This document shows positions 37,001 through 51,669 of a DNA stretch of 64,000 bases, one piece after another (the stretch's first letter is position 1; every line of letters begins with the position of its first letter). This DNA is from Anaeramoeba ignava BMAN (Eukaryota > Protista > Anaeramoebae). The position numbers and the translations under genes were made by a program. The stretch is taken from assembly GCA_028826165.1 (NCBI GenBank), contig JAPDFW010000081.1, forward strand, positions 558,001 to 622,000, in the 5' to 3' direction. The notes under the pieces are model-generated. The model was not told the origin of the DNA. It made no database searches and saw only the letters and a list, made by a program, of their open reading frames with translations.

Positions 37001-38680
37001 AATTTTAATTTTAATTTTAATTTCAAAATGAATTTTAATTTTAATTTTAATTTGAATTTTAATTTTAAATTTAATTTTAATTTTAATTTCAAAATGAATT
37101 TTAATTTTAATTTGAATTTTATTTTGATTTTTATCCGATTTTAATTTTGATTTTAATTTTAATTTGAATTTTAATTTTAATTTTAATTTAAATTTTAATT
37201 TTAATTTGAATTTTATTTTTAATTTTAATTTTAATTTTTTATCCGATTTTAATTTTAATTTTAATTTTAATTTGAATTTTAATTTCAAATTGAATTTTAA
37301 TTTCAAAATGAATTTTAATTTGAATTTTAATTTTAATTTTAATTTTAATTTTAATTTTAATTTGAATTTTAATTTCAAAATGAATTATAATTTTAATTTT
37401 AAGTTACAAACCATCGGAAGGATTAACTTTAGCTTCTTTATATACTTTGTTTTTATCTGTTACCATTTGTTCTTGTAATTTTTGTTCATTCCATCTAAAA
37501 TGTCTTAATAATACTCCAGCTACATTTCGATTAATTTGAAAAAGTTCTGCAATATTATCAATTTTTCGTGCTTGTTGTTTCATAATTGTTTTCTTTTAAT
37601 TTCAAAATGAATTTTAATTTTAATTTTAATTTTAATTATAATTTTAATTTCAAAATGAATTTTAATTATAATTTTAATTTCAAAATGAATTTTAATTATA
37701 ATTTTAATTTCAAAATGAATTTTAATTTTAATTTTAATTTTAATTTTAATTTTAATTTTAATTTTAATTTTAATTTCAATTTTAATTTCAATTTCAATTT
37801 TAATTTCAATTTTAATTTTAATTTGAATTTTAATTTCAATTTTAATTTTAAATTTCAAAATTAATTTGAATTTTAATTTTAATTTTAATTTTAATTCCAA
37901 ATTTAATTTTGAATTTTAATTTTAATTTTAATTTTAATTTAAATTTTAATTTTAATTTTAATTTTAATTTTAATTTCAAAATGAATTTCAAAATGAATTT
38001 CAAAATGAATTCCAAAATGAATTTCAAAATGAATTTTAAAATGAATTTTAAGAAGGAAAATAACTTTATCTAAAGATTTAACAGGAGCTTTAGAGTCTTG
38101 AGACATTTCAAGATCAAAACCAATTTCACCAAAATTTTCATTTGGATTATCTTCAAAATTTGAATTACTTTCATCTTCAGTATCTTTTTCATCTTCAGTA
38201 TCTTTTTCATCATCAGAATCTTTTTGAATTTTACTTCTTTTAGTGATTTCCAATTCATTTTCACTTATAGAATCTTCTGTGATTGATTCATTGGATGTTT
38301 CAGTATCTGTTTGTTCATCAGATTCAACTTTTGAAGGTTGTTTTGTTGGACTTGTTGGTTTTTGAGTTTCAAATGTATTTTGTTCTTGCGCTACAAATGA
38401 TTCCTGAAGAATTTCAATCATGGATAATGCACTTTCCAAACTTTTTGAGGAAGAATATTGATACAAATATGAATATTTAATTATAAGTTATTGATTTTTA
38501 TTTTTAATTTTTATTTTTTTATTTAATTTTTTAAGTTAAATTTTTTAAGTTAATTTAATTTTTTAAATAAAAAGAAATTAACTCAGAATTTCCAGAAATT
38601 TCAAGTGCATTTTGTGCTAATTGAGGATCAAATCCCATTCCAATTAATTGTTCAAGAAAAATTGAATTTATTTCAGACAT
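34027..38680 (-). CDS. Ariadne-family RBR E3 ubiquitin ligase with an N-terminal UBA domain, multi-exon
   Basis: UBA domain ([25 protein letters not shown]|LESAL), acidic tract, RING1 (CEICYDEF...[10 protein letters not shown]) and IBR ([19 protein letters not shown]). RING2 reads TKPCPKC...GGCNHMTC...HEFCWVCL, followed by an Ariadne domain ([15 protein letters not shown]). Confidence 0.92.
34913..38050. repeat. Intronic satellites of the aaaattcattttgaaatt / aaaatcggataaaa family, in opposite orientations
   Basis: One orientation at 34913-35590; the reverse complement at 36690-37400 and 37590-38050. Confidence 0.85.
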
Positions 38681-38920
38681 TTTTTATGTAATTTGTTTTT
38701 TATTTTGTTTTAAAAAAAAGGAAAAAAATGAAAAAAAAAAAATGAATAAAAAATTTTTTTAATTTAATTTGATTTGATTTTTTTAAAATTGATTTTTATT
38801 TTGTTTTTGTTTTCAAAATTTCGGAAAAAAAAAAAATAATTGAGATCCTTCTTTTTAAAGAAAAAAGAAAAAAAGAAAAAAGAAAAAGAAAAAGAAAAAG
38901 AAAAGAAAAAATTTTAAAAA

Positions 38921-41900
38921 TCATTTGCGAAAATAAGATTGAAAACGAGAAACAATTGATAAAATCTCTTGATCAGATACTTTCTCAACTATCCAATTTA
39001 AAGAATAAGGATCTTTTAAATGAGAAATAAAAGAAGAATGCCATTGTGAATTTTGACTGTTTGTTAACAAAATATTTTCCAAAAAAAGAACTAAATGTTT
39101 AAAAGGTTGAAAATCTGTTTTTGATTTGAAAAGATATAATTTTTCAATATTTGCGTAGCAAAAAGTATACATTTCACTAACAAAAGCGGTTGCTTGTTCA
39201 TCCGAAATTTCATGAGCAATTTTTGTGTTTAAATTCAAAATGAAGTTGTTATTCTTTTTGGATTGAATTAAGTCAGAATTCGATCCAATTATTCTTTTAA
39301 CAAATAATTGAACAAACTGTCTTTGTTTGACAATGCTTGTCCATATTTCCTGGTTCTGGTCTGTGTTGATAATCATTGCCAAGAAACCAGAGAAGTGGTT
39401 TTGTGCTTCTATTGAAGAAACTGAGTCTGCAAGTAATAAAAGAATCAATTTGATTGATAAATCAAGAGGATCAATTTTCTGGGTTGTTTGCTGAGTATTT
39501 TCTGTTTTTTCCTGGGTATTTTGTGTTTTTGGAATTTGAAGAGGATCATCTTCGATTGTTTTTTGATTTTTTTCTTTTTCTAAATTTTCTTTTTGTAAAT
39601 TTTCTTTTTCGGAATTTTCTTTTTCGGAATTTTTTTCATTATTCAAATTTTCATTCCAAGTTGTGATCAAGTCGAGAATCAAATCGCTAGCAAATTCACG
39701 ATATTCTGGAAGCTCGAAAATACCCACATTGACTGGAAAACGGTCTTTAATTGATCGTTCTTCGAATTCTTGCAATTCTTTGATACTTTTTTCATGGAAA
39801 ACGCAAAGATGATTTGCAAGCGGAACAAACAAATGGGGATCAAAAGAGATCAAGACTTGCGCTACTTTGAGAACTAGTTTAGATGTCTCGGGATTGATGT
39901 TGCGGATGGCGTTGAGACTGTCGAAAATTGCGAAGAGAAAATCTTGGTTGTTTTGGAATTCTGTTTTTGGATCGACATTTTGAGAGATAAAAGAGAAGAT
40001 TTTTTGGAACAAAAACAAGCCAGAACTGACAATCTCAAGCATAGCTTGGGGAAGCTCGTCAGGATCCATTTGGACCCGTGATTGGAATTGGTTGGAAGTC
40101 TGCTCGAGAATTTTCTTGGCATGTTCCGCAACGGAATCCTTAAGGATTGAAAGTAAATTTTTTGAAACGCTCAAAAGAAGTGAAGCATCGTTTTTGTCTT
40201 TAATCAGCATATTGAGGTATTTGATGATGTTTTTGGGGGATTTCTTGAAGTAATCCTGGATCATCGGAGAGTATTTGTTGATTGAATTTGTGCGGTATTG
40301 TTTCTTCTGCTCGGCAAGAAGCTCGCAAATGAGCGAAATATAAAAATCCACATTTGGATATAATTTTGTATTTATAAAAAGTGAATTTGTTGCCCAGATG
40401 AAGGAGAATTCTGTCTCAAGAGAGTCGAGGAAGTTCTGGTAGCGCTTTGCGCATTCATAGGCAAGATGATAGTATGAAGATAGTGATGATTGATTGTAGG
40501 CTATGTGATAGTCCTCCGAATTTGTGCTGATGAAAAAAACATTGAACGTTGTCATCCGCTCTTCGGGAACAATGAGCTTGCTCAGATGCTCGGGCTTCAG
40601 CATGAAACAAGTCTCGAAAAGCAGCAGCATCTGCTTCTTGTTGAGATCGCAAGTCAGATGGTAGTGATCAATGTGAATAAATAGTTCCCAAAAAACGTCG
40701 AAACGATCGAAAAAAATATTCAGGAAATTCTCGTTCGAAACAAATATTTTTCGGAGAAGATCGAAGAAAGATTGGAGACGGAAAAAGTCTGAAGAGAACC
40801 AGTCGTTTTTTGAGCCAAGAGGCTTTTCACCAACAGAGCGAGTGCGATAAGTGTCGTAGATGATCTGCGGAATGAGATCTGTGAGATTGATAACGAGATC
40901 AGTGCGTTCCTGGAGAATTTGATCCGCATTTTTTGCGCAATTTTCGAGATAATCGCCAAACATATACATCTCGAGCATCACAGTGGCAAATTCGTGAGCA
41001 GAAGAGCACTCGTTATCGACGAGCCAAGAATACAGCCACTTTCCTGTGTTTTGCAGGATCCAGTCTTGCACGTATTTTCGTGTGGACGAGAGCTCGCGCA
41101 AATATTGGAAAAGAATCCGCGCAGTTTCAGTAAAACGCAGGTTTTGATTGACAACCTTGAGAATGCCGTCCATGATATAGTCAAGGCGCGAGGCGAATTC
41201 GTTGTCGTGAACATCGATAATCTCGGACAAAATCACGAGATACTTGCCGAGTGAAGTGTAATGTCTTGAGTGGATTTCCATCAGAAGAAAGTCGCAGATA
41301 TCGCACAGAAGCTTGTTGTATCCGAAGCAGACATGCTTGAGTATTCGCGCAGACACGTCTGGGTTGATTCCTTCCGAGATGATTTTTTTGTAGAACACAG
41401 GGTTCGTCAACGAGTTGAAATCAAGTGCTGGAAGAATCAACGGTTCGTCGTCTGTTTGGATCATTGTTGGTGGTTGGATCCATTCTTTTTCGGTCTTTTT
41501 TTGAAGTGCACTTATGTCGAAGTTGAGGATGTTCTCCTTGATTTTCTCCTCATTTTGTTTATTTTTTTCATCTTTTTCATTTTTTTCATCTTTTTCATCT
41601 TTTTCATTTTTTTCCAGATCCAAATCCAAGTTGATGTTTTCTAACGGATTTTGCGAAATGTTTTTTTCGTCCTTATTTTCGGTTATTTTTAGGTTCAAGT
41701 TTTCTGGCAAAATTTGAGTTGCCTTTTCAATTGCGCAATACATGACTAGTTTTTCTATTGTTTCCGCAATTTTGGAGAATTGTTGTATGCGGTAGTTTTC
41801 TTTTTCTGTCATATAAGGATCGATTTCATGGAAATCCTGGTTATTTTTGATAATTTTTTCTCGGAAAGGAGAGTCTTCTCCGAGATAAAGATCGACAAGT

Positions 41901-44900
41901 TTTGAAACAAGGGAGAACTCGAGCAAATATTTGCGGACAATATAACCGAGATCGATAATCCTGATAAGAAGCTCGAAGTACTCTGAAAGATACGTGAAAT
42001 GCTGCTGGGAATCGTGAAGAAGACCAAGTATGTTTGCGAGGAAAACAATCACAAACGATGATTTTACCGCCTCGTCTTGGCGCACAAGATACTTCTTCTT
42101 TTGGTCTTGGATTGTGTTTGAAATCCACATGTCCCGAATGTTCGTTTCTTGACTGAACTCGTATATTTGCGATACGAATTTCTGCTGATTGATTTCTTGC
42201 TCAATCAGTGTCTTCTCTTCCACAAAAAGAAGCGGTAAAGAATGCACTATCATCAAAATGAGTTCGTTTCTGAACTCGGAAATCGGTTTCATCTTTAATA
42301 TATGAGATTCGAATAAATTATTCCGTGTTTTTTCATTCCGTTCAAAAAGAATCCCAAGAAACCATTTGAATAATTCTGGATCGTTTTGGAATCGCATAGA
42401 GAGAAGACGCACCCATTGATTTGCAAATGATTTGTTTTTCATCCGCGAAACAAAATTCAATACAAAATGGCATGCAAATTTATTCACTTTATCGAGAAGA
42501 GATTTGTCCCTGATCTCGAATGCCGAGTAAATCAAATCGAAGAGGAAACCGAAATATAAGTAATCGAAGAAGTGTTTTTCTGTGAGGAATTTGATATTAT
42601 CCTGCATTATCATATTGAGGAAATGATCATGAATGGTGTTTCCTTGTTGGAAAGAAGAGAATTTTTGGATTTGGCTTTGATTTTCAATTTGAATATCATT
42701 TTGATTTTGATTTTCATTATTTTCATTATTTTCATTATTTTCATTATTTTCATTTTCATTTTCAATTTGCTGATAAAATAAAAGATACGCAGAAAATTCT
42801 TTTTTGGTTGTTTTTTCATAACTTTTTCCATAGCTATCGGTTTCAAAAGAAATATATTCACCACCAAAGCACTGGTCTGGAATCTGTGCAGGATCAAAAA
42901 AGGAAATATTCTTGTCTTCAAATTTGATCCAATTCATAGGATTATTTGGGAATAATGGTTCTTTCTCCTGGATAAAGGAGTAGTAATGACCCGAATCAGT
43001 TGAACCGTAGTGAACAACAACACCAACAAGTTTATATTTATAATTTCTGCCGCTCTGTGGAGATTGTTGATGCTCAGACGGAGATTGCGCAGGGATTTTT
43101 TGCGAAGGATCATGTTCTTCAGAAGATTCTTGCTTCTCTTTTTGCGAAATACCTTCGCGTGTGTATTTGTAGAGATTGATTTCCATCGGAAACGAGCATT
43201 CATCGTTGATTTTCTTCCTTTCCATTGTATTGAAGTCGTAGCTGAAACGTTTCAGATGAAGAATCAAATATTTAGGAAGTGTGTGGATGCAAACGCGCTT
43301 CAACGCGTCGACTTTTTTCTTGAGCTCCTCGCTATAATAGCGGTTGTCTCCGGAAAGCATTTCGGCTTTTATATATTCATCCAGTGATTCACGAATGCTT
43401 TTCTTCTTGTCAATATCAATGCTAATTGCGTTAAAAGTTTCGTGATTTTCGGAAATTTTATCCGACTCTGAAATGATAATTTGATGTGCAAGTTTCCCGC
43501 GGAACAAACGATCAAGCAAGTGTTTATGGGGTGTTTTTGAAAGCTTGTTATCGAGATTGTCGAACAGGCCGTTGAGGAATTCAACAACGTCTGTTTGTAA
43601 CGACGTGTTTAACGCCTGTCCATCCCATGTGATAAATGCATTGCAAAACTCTCGTGTGGATGCAAAACGGTTCTCTGTCTTGCATAGATACGAGAAGATC
43701 TTCTGTAGTTGGTACAGGATGTTCCCTCTCAGATCCTGCTCATCCTCCTCCACTATCTCAGTCTCAAGCACTGCGCGTCGGAACTCGGGAATCATAAAGA
43801 GTTGTTGGAAAAGTGAGTTCATATAACAAGTTGCTCCCAGATTGGTTAGTCCAATATATCCTGTTTCAGATTTGTCCATTGACATCGGATCGTAGTTCCA
43901 TGTGTCGGGAATTTCTATTTCTGAGACTTGTTTTTCGATCAATCCAAAAAGTGCTTCTAAATTTTCAGAAGAATTTTTTGCCAGTTCAATTAGAAGTAAA
44001 AATGCTGCGTTTCGTGATTGATTTGATTTGCATTTTGGCAGACATTCGTTGAATGGCGAGTTGCTTTCTCTTGCTGAGAGAATTTGTTGTAGATCAGGAA
44101 GTGAGAAAAGACAAGTGTTGAAGATCTCCGAAATGAGATCCTGTCCAAAGGCAATTTCCGATTTGAGTGAGGGTTGGCGAACCAAGATTTCTCGCGCGGT
44201 TTCCAGATATCCCACAAGCACAGCATCAACCGCAGAATCTCCAGAGTTGTATTTCTCTCTAATCGGATGGTTCTTGAGTTGCGTGATTGTTTGCGCAAGT
44301 AGATCCTTCATTCTTATCTGTTCAGATGGCCCGACATGAGAAATTAGTCCAACAAGAAGCACAAAAAATGGATGAAAATTCTTATTCATTTCATCATCTG
44401 CATTTGCTATCTGTGGAAGTAATCCGCTCACCAAGTTGAAAAAAAATCCGGCAACGGCTGAATTTGAGCACATCCACAAAATACCTTCCACAAGCACCGT
44501 TTGATACTCGTGTACCTCAGATCCTAAAAGAGCAAGTCCAAGCCATTTGCTTATTCCTTCATATCTTAAAAGCGCTTGGCGCCATTTATCCTCGCTTGCG
44601 CATCCTGCTACAACAATTTCCATTGCTGCAAGAACTATTGCTTTCCCGAAATATTGAGCCTCTGGATCGCTGCCCCAATCTGTGTGTGAAGTTATTTCTA
44701 GAAGCATCTGAAGAAGTCGATCCGGTGAAACCGTTGTTATTTGAACTTTTGGATCGAAGTGGATCATCCTTTCAACGTCATCTTTATTTTTGTCAATGTC
44801 TTTATTATTATCAATTTCATCTTTATTATTATCAATTTCATCTTTATTTTTATCAATTTCTTTATTTTTATCAATGTCTTTATTTTTATCAATTTTCTCT

Positions 44901-47900
44901 TCGATTTTCATATCAATGTCATCTTTATTATTATCAGTTTTCTCTTCGATTTTCATATCAACTTCATTTGTTTGCGTTATATTATTTCCTAATCTAACAA
45001 CAACACATTCTCTAATCAATTGAAGAACCAAAGAAAGTGCATGAATTTGTCTTGTGCTATTGGATTTATTCTGTACAATTTCTATCATAATCGTAATTAA
45101 CCGTTCAACTCCTCCAAATTTTATGAATTTATATTTCCACAATTTATTCTGATCATTATCAGACAAACTAACCAAATGCATTATCACTTGCAAATTATAA
45201 ACAAGCTGATACATTTTATTATCAGGCAAAATTTGACTCCATTTTTGTGCGATCCAAAGAGAATCCTCTTTCTCAACATTTTTTTTGGGTTCTTGTTGTG
45301 AATTTTGTTGAGATAAATTTCTTTCAAATATATTTTGCTCAAATACATTTTCCCAGAAACTCAGTGTTTCGGGTCTTGTTGGCATTTCCATAATAACTCC
45401 CCATATATTTTCAGTAAGAAAATGTTCTTCAGTATCCAAAAGTTCAAACAACTCTCCAAAATATTTGCTCAGCAAAAAACTGGGCAAAAGCTTTTCATCC
45501 GTTATTTTTCCCTTTTCTTCATATTCCTCCTCATCCACTTGTGTCTGGTGTTCGTCATTTGCCTTTCCTGTTTTGATATGAACAGCTAAATGTGGATTGC
45601 CATCCGGAAACAGTCTTAGTGACTCCAAAACCATTGCATCTTTGAATTTGGAAATCATTGGATGATCAATTTCGAATTCGGTAAATTTGACTCCAAGTTT
45701 TTCTTTGATTTTCCTTCTGAGATAATATACTGTATTCGATCCCGAAATTTTGAGGATGAATTGTTGTTGGGGTTGTTTTCCATGTACTACAATTTCCAGC
45801 GGAAACTCTGGAGATTTGATGATAAATTTATGTCGAATAAACGGGAGATATTCATGAACAATTTCAGACTCCATCTTTCTTACAAACAAAGATAATATTG
45901 TTATGCATCTTGTTTTTGTTTCAATGGAATCTGTTTGTTTCAAAATCTTCATTGTTTTTTCAATCAGCAGTTTTCTTTTATCTTTGGCCAGATTTGTTCT
46001 GCGAACGTTTTGGAATTGAAACAATAAATTTATCGCAAGCATCATGACCTTTTGTTTTCTTGCTTTGAGTATAATTTCCCAGAGGCTAGAAATACCAACA
46101 AAACTTTTTTCATCAATTGTGAAAATGTAAAAATCATCAACTTGTCCGAAAATATTAATCTTATTTAAATTAACTGCATGACAAAAGTGTCTGAAGAACA
46201 TGAACCCGCTTTTTGTCATATCAACAGGATCAAGTGTTTGAGCCTTTTCGAACATTATATCCGCACTCTCTTTCGAGAATTCAAGCGATACAAACCATTT
46301 GAAAAGCAGATCTTTTTGTTTGATATCGTTTTTTTTGCTCATAAAAGATTGCCATAATTTTTCGATATTTTGGACTGTTAATCCTTCTGTATTAGAGATG
46401 AAATCCTTTAAAAGATTTAATCTAAGAAATATCTAAAAATGTTTTAAAAAATAAATATAAATATAAATATAAATATAAATATGAATATAAATATAAATAT
46501 TTGAAATTGTTTTTTGTTTACAGATTCAAGTCCATAAAATTCATCTCTCCATCTTCTTGCAGTTTTTTCATCTTCAGATGATAATTTTTTTTGTAACATT
46601 TGAGAGTTTTCTTTTGTTTCGAATTCCAGTTTGTTAAAGGCAAGAAGTTCGTTAATTAAAACATCAATCAAATTCATATTTTTGACTAAATCTTGTGCAA
46701 TATCTTTTCTTGATTTCAAAGGATTTTGCAAATTTTCAATTGGAATTTTGGGGAAAGAATTAAAAATTGCTTTAATTAATTTGAGTGTGAAAATATTATC
46801 ATCTCCATCAGAATTTAAATTTTGAACACAAGTGATCATAAATTGCTGTTTGAAATCATCAGTGCAAATTAAATTACGAAATATTTTCTTCATGTTTTCA
46901 AAAATGAGGTTTTTTAGTGAAAATGGAGTTGATGAATTTTTGAGTAAATTGAAAAGTAAAGATAGTGCTGAGTTGATTGTTTCTGTTGTTTTTTCTTTTA
47001 AGCATGAAATTATAAAGTCTCTTAATAAAGGAACAGTTATATCATCCCATTTTGTAATTTTTGCAAATTTTTGTGTATATAATTTATTTGCAGTTTCTGC
47101 ATTTAAGAAATGGAATACTTTAGAGAATAATTCGAATATAATTTTTGAGGTTGATTGATGGATTTTCTAAATTTGAATTTTAATTTTAATTTTTAATTTT
47201 AATTTCGAAATGAATTTTAATTTTAATTTATTAAATACTTCTGAAGCATCCCACATTAATAATAAATGCTCTACTGTTAATTTCTCTCTTTCTGCAAGAA
47301 AAATCAAAATTGGTTCTGAACGACCAATCAACTCTGCATGCATTTTATCACCAAATAATAATTCAACAATTTGATTTTTAATTAACCAAGTTTTAAATCT
47401 CCTAAAATATTTAAATTAAAAAATATTTAATTAAAAATATTTAAATTAAAAAAATATTTAAATTGAAAATATTTAAATTAAAAAAATATTTAAATTGAAA
47501 AATATTTAAATTAAAAAATATTTAAATTAAAAAATATAAATTAAAAAATATTTAAATTAAAAAATATTTAAATTAAAAAATATTTAAATTAAAAAATATT
47601 TAAATTGAAAAATATTTAATTGAAAATATTAAATTGAAAATATTTAATTGAAAATATTAAATTGGAAAATATTTAAATTAAAAAATATTTAAATTGAAAA
47701 TATTTAAATTGAAAAATATTTAAATTAAAAATATTTAAATTAAAAAATATTTAAATTGAAAAATATTTAAATTAAAAAAATATTTAAATTAAAAATATTT
47801 AAATTAAAAATATTTAAATTAAAAAATATTTAAATTAAAAATATTTAAATTAAAAATATTTAAATTGAAAAATATTAAAATTGAAAATATTTAAATATTT

Positions 47901-50900
47901 AAATTAAAAATATTTAAATTGAAAATATTTAATTGAAAATATTAAAATTGAAAAATATTAAAATTAAAAAATTAAATTGAAAAAATATTTAAATTGAAAA
48001 ATATTTAAATTGAAAAATATTTAAATTAAAAAATATTTAAATTAAAAAATATTTAAATTAAAAAATATTTAAATTAAAAAATATTTAAATTAAAAATATT
48101 TAAATTAAAAAATATTTAAATTAAAAATATTTTAAATTAAAAATATTTAAATTAAAAATATTTAAATTAAAAATATTTAAATTAAAAATATTTAAATTAA
48201 AAATATTTAAATTGAAAAATATTTAAATTGAAAATATTTAAATTGAAAAATATTTAAATTGAAAAATATTTAAATTGAAAAAATTAAATTGAAAAATATT
48301 TAAATTGAAAATATTTAAATTGAAAAATATTTAAATTAAAAAATATTTAAATTAAAAAATATTTAAATTGAAAATATTTAAATTAAAAAATATTTAAATT
48401 AAAAAATATTTAAATTAAAAAATATTTAAATTAAAAATATTTAAATTGAAAAATATTTAAATTGAAAATATTTAAATTGGAAAATATTTAAATTGAAAAA
48501 TATTTAAATTGAAAATATTAAATTGAAAAATATTTAAATTGAAAATATTTGATATACTTTGTATTCAACCATAATGTTCTTGATAAATAATATTGTGACT
48601 TGTGAACTCTTCTATTACTAACTTTGTTTGCAATTGAGCATAAATCTTGTATTCCTATAACTCGCATTTCTAAAAAAGGAGATGTTAAATATTTATATGC
48701 AAGATCTAATTCAAATGTTTCTAAAAGTCGATCTCCTTCTTGTATTCTTGAAGAACGAATCATTAATCCAATTGAATTAATGAATTTTTCTAAATCTGTT
48801 TTATTTTCTGCTCTTAATTCTTCAAAACTAATTAAAAGTATTTTTGGGAATATTTGTGCAATTTTTCTTGATAAAATTTGAAGATATTTTGTACTAAAAA
48901 TGTATGAAATCTATTAAATAATAAAAAAATTTTTAATTTTAATTTTGATTTTAATTTTAATTTTAATTTTAATTTTGATTTTATAAATGAATTTTAATAT
49001 TAATTCTAAATTAATTTTAATTTTAAATTTTAATTTTTACTTGGAAAATTGGATCAAGTAAATTATGTATTTTAGAAATAGAAAATTTTTGATTTTCAGA
49101 AAGGGAATATTCAATCAACTTTTCAAAACCTTGAATTTTTCCAAAATAAACAACATTTTCTTGAAACATTTTAGAAAAAGCCCAACTATCTTTAGAAGTA
49201 ATAATTTCAATTTTTTCAGGATCATCAGTTTCTTTTTCATTATCATTAATATTTTCAATATCTATATTTTCTGATTTTTGTTCCTCTTCTTTTCTATCTT
49301 TATTTTTTGGTTCTGTTTGTTTTTCTATGTGTTGATCTGGTGGAAATTCATATTTTATTTCTTGCATTTCTTGTATTTCTTGCATTTCTTGCATTTCTTG
49401 CATTTCTTGCTCATCTTGTTGTTGTTGATGAATTCCTAAACTTGGTTCTCCTTTATGAACTAATGTATCCATTTCATCATCATGAGTCCAACCTGAATCC
49501 TGAAAATTTTTAATTTAATTTTAATTTTAATTTTAATTTTAATTTTAATTTTAATTTTAATTTTAATTTTAATTTTAATTTTAATTTTAATTTTAATTTT
49601 AATTTTAATTAATTTTAATTTTAATTTTAATTTTAATTTTAAATTTAATTTTAATTTTAATTTTAATTTTAATAATTTTAATTTTAATTTTAATTTTAAT
49701 TTTAATTTTAATTTTAATTTTAAATTTAATTTTAATTTTAATTTTAATTTTAATTTTAATTTTAATTTTAATTTTAATTTTAATTTTAATTTTAATTTTA
49801 ATTTTAATTTTAATTTTAATTTTAAATTTTAATTTTAATTTTAATTTTAATTTTAATTTTAATTTTAATTTTAATTTAATTTTAATTTTAATTTTAATAA
49901 TTTAATTTTAATTTTAATTTTAATTTTAATTTTAATTTTAATTCTTTAAATTTAATTTTAATTTGAATTTTAATATTAAATTTTAATTTTAATTTTAATT
50001 TGAATTTTAATATTAATTTTAATTTTAATTTTAATTTTAATTTTAATTTTAATTTTAATTTTAATTTTAATTTTAATTTTAATATTGAATTTTAATTTTA
50101 TTTTTAATTTTAATTTTAATTTTAATATTAATTTTAATTTTAATTTTTAATTTTAATATTAATATTAATATTAATTTTAATTTTGATTTTAATTTTAATT
50201 TTAATTTTAATTTTGATTTTTATTTTATAAATGAATTTTAATTTTAATTTTAATTTGAATATTAATTTTAATTTTAATTTTAATTTGAATATTAATTTTA
50301 ATTTTACATTTATATCAGGTTCATTATCAAAATCACAATAAAAGCAACGATCAAAACCAGATTCAAGAATTGTTTTCATTATCATTTGAACATTTGGATT
50401 TTCTTCAGGAATTTTAAATAAAACAAGATCGAGACATTTTTGAAAAAAATTATTAATAGTTTTAGAAACTTCTACAGAATAATCAGTTCTTTTCCAAAGT
50501 TCATTAACTATTTCATTTAAAGTTTGTAAGAAAAAATTTTCTTGTTCTTGTGGCATTTCTTTTTGAAGAACTAAATCAATTTCATTTTCAATCATAGAAA
50601 TAATATCACTTGGATCATTCTCTAAAAATTATTTTAATTTTAATTTTAATTTTAATTTTAATTTTAATTTTAATTTTAATTTTAATTTTAAATTTTTATT
50701 TTAATTTTAATTTTAATTTTAATTTTAATTTTAAATTTAATTTTAATTTTAATTTTAATTTTAATTTTAATTTTAATTTTAATTTTAATTTTAATTTTAA
50801 TTTTAATTTAATTTTAATTTTTAATTTTGATTTTGATTTTGATTTTAATTTTGATTTTTATTTTAATTTTAATTTTGATTTTAATTTTAATTATGATTTA

Positions 50901-51401
50901 ATTTTAATTTCAATTTTGATTTTGATTATAATTATAATTATAATTTTAATTTTAATTTTGATTTTGATTTAAATATTGATTTTAATTTTAATTTTGATTT
51001 TGATTTTGATTTTGATTTTAATTTTAATTTTGATTTTAATTTTGATTTTAATTTTGATTTTGATTTTAATTTTGATTTTAATTTTTAATTTTAATTTTAA
51101 TTTTAATTTTAATTTTAATTTTAATTTTGATTTTGATTTAAATATTGATTTTAATTTTGATTTTGATTTTGATTTTAATTTTAATATTGATTATAATTTT
51201 GATTTTAATTTTGATTTTAATTGATTTTTTAATTTTAATTTTAATTTTGGATTTAATTTTAATAATAAAAATGGAAAATTATAATTTAAATTTAAGGAAA
51301 AAAAATAATAAAACAATATAAATTAAGGAACATTTACGATCCGTAATTTCAAGTTTGAATACAAAGTATGTGTTTAAGTATTCTTTATCTTCGTCTGTCA
51401 T
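38921..51401 (-). CDS. Very large ubiquitin-specific protease, USP9/24/34 (fat facets-like) family, ~3000 aa
   Basis: ATG at 51401 and several short exons precede a ~7.5-kb terminal exon. Cys box GLTNLGATCYMNS, LHLKRF, His box VVVHYGSTDSGHYYSFI and WIKFED are present, plus N-terminal family motifs (SPFLEMRVIGI, FGDKMHAELIGRS). Confidence 0.93.
47403..51260. repeat. Intronic satellites in the USP gene: ~16-bp unit (47403-48550) and (ttttaa)n tracts (49510-50305, 50630-51260)
   Basis: Direct inspection. Confidence 0.9.
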
Positions 51402-51669
51402 AAAAATAAAAGAAGAAATAATAAAAACAATTTTGCAAAAGAATAAGAAAAATGAAAAAAAAAATAAGTTTTTTTATTTTAAATTTATTTTTTATTTTTT
51501 TTTTATACTCATTTTTTTGAAATTTTACATCATTTTTCTCTTTTTCTTTTCTTTTCTTTTTTTTTTATTTGGAATTTTATTTTTCATTTTTTTTTTTTGC
51601 TTTTATTTTGATTTTTTCTCTTTTTAGAAATTTTGGTTTATAAAAAAAAAATATAAATTAAAAATAAGT

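Noticed and set aside
39454-45895. Many short overlapping ORFs, and the GC-rich segment as an inserted element or intein
   Set aside because: All lie within the continuous 2473-codon USP frame. I saw no transposase, terminal repeats, or intein/homing-endonuclease motifs.
2-51401. Clustering of ubiquitin-system genes (BTB, F-box, Ariadne, USP) as a functional cluster
   Set aside because: These are large families interspersed with unrelated genes, so co-occurrence within 50 kb is unremarkable.
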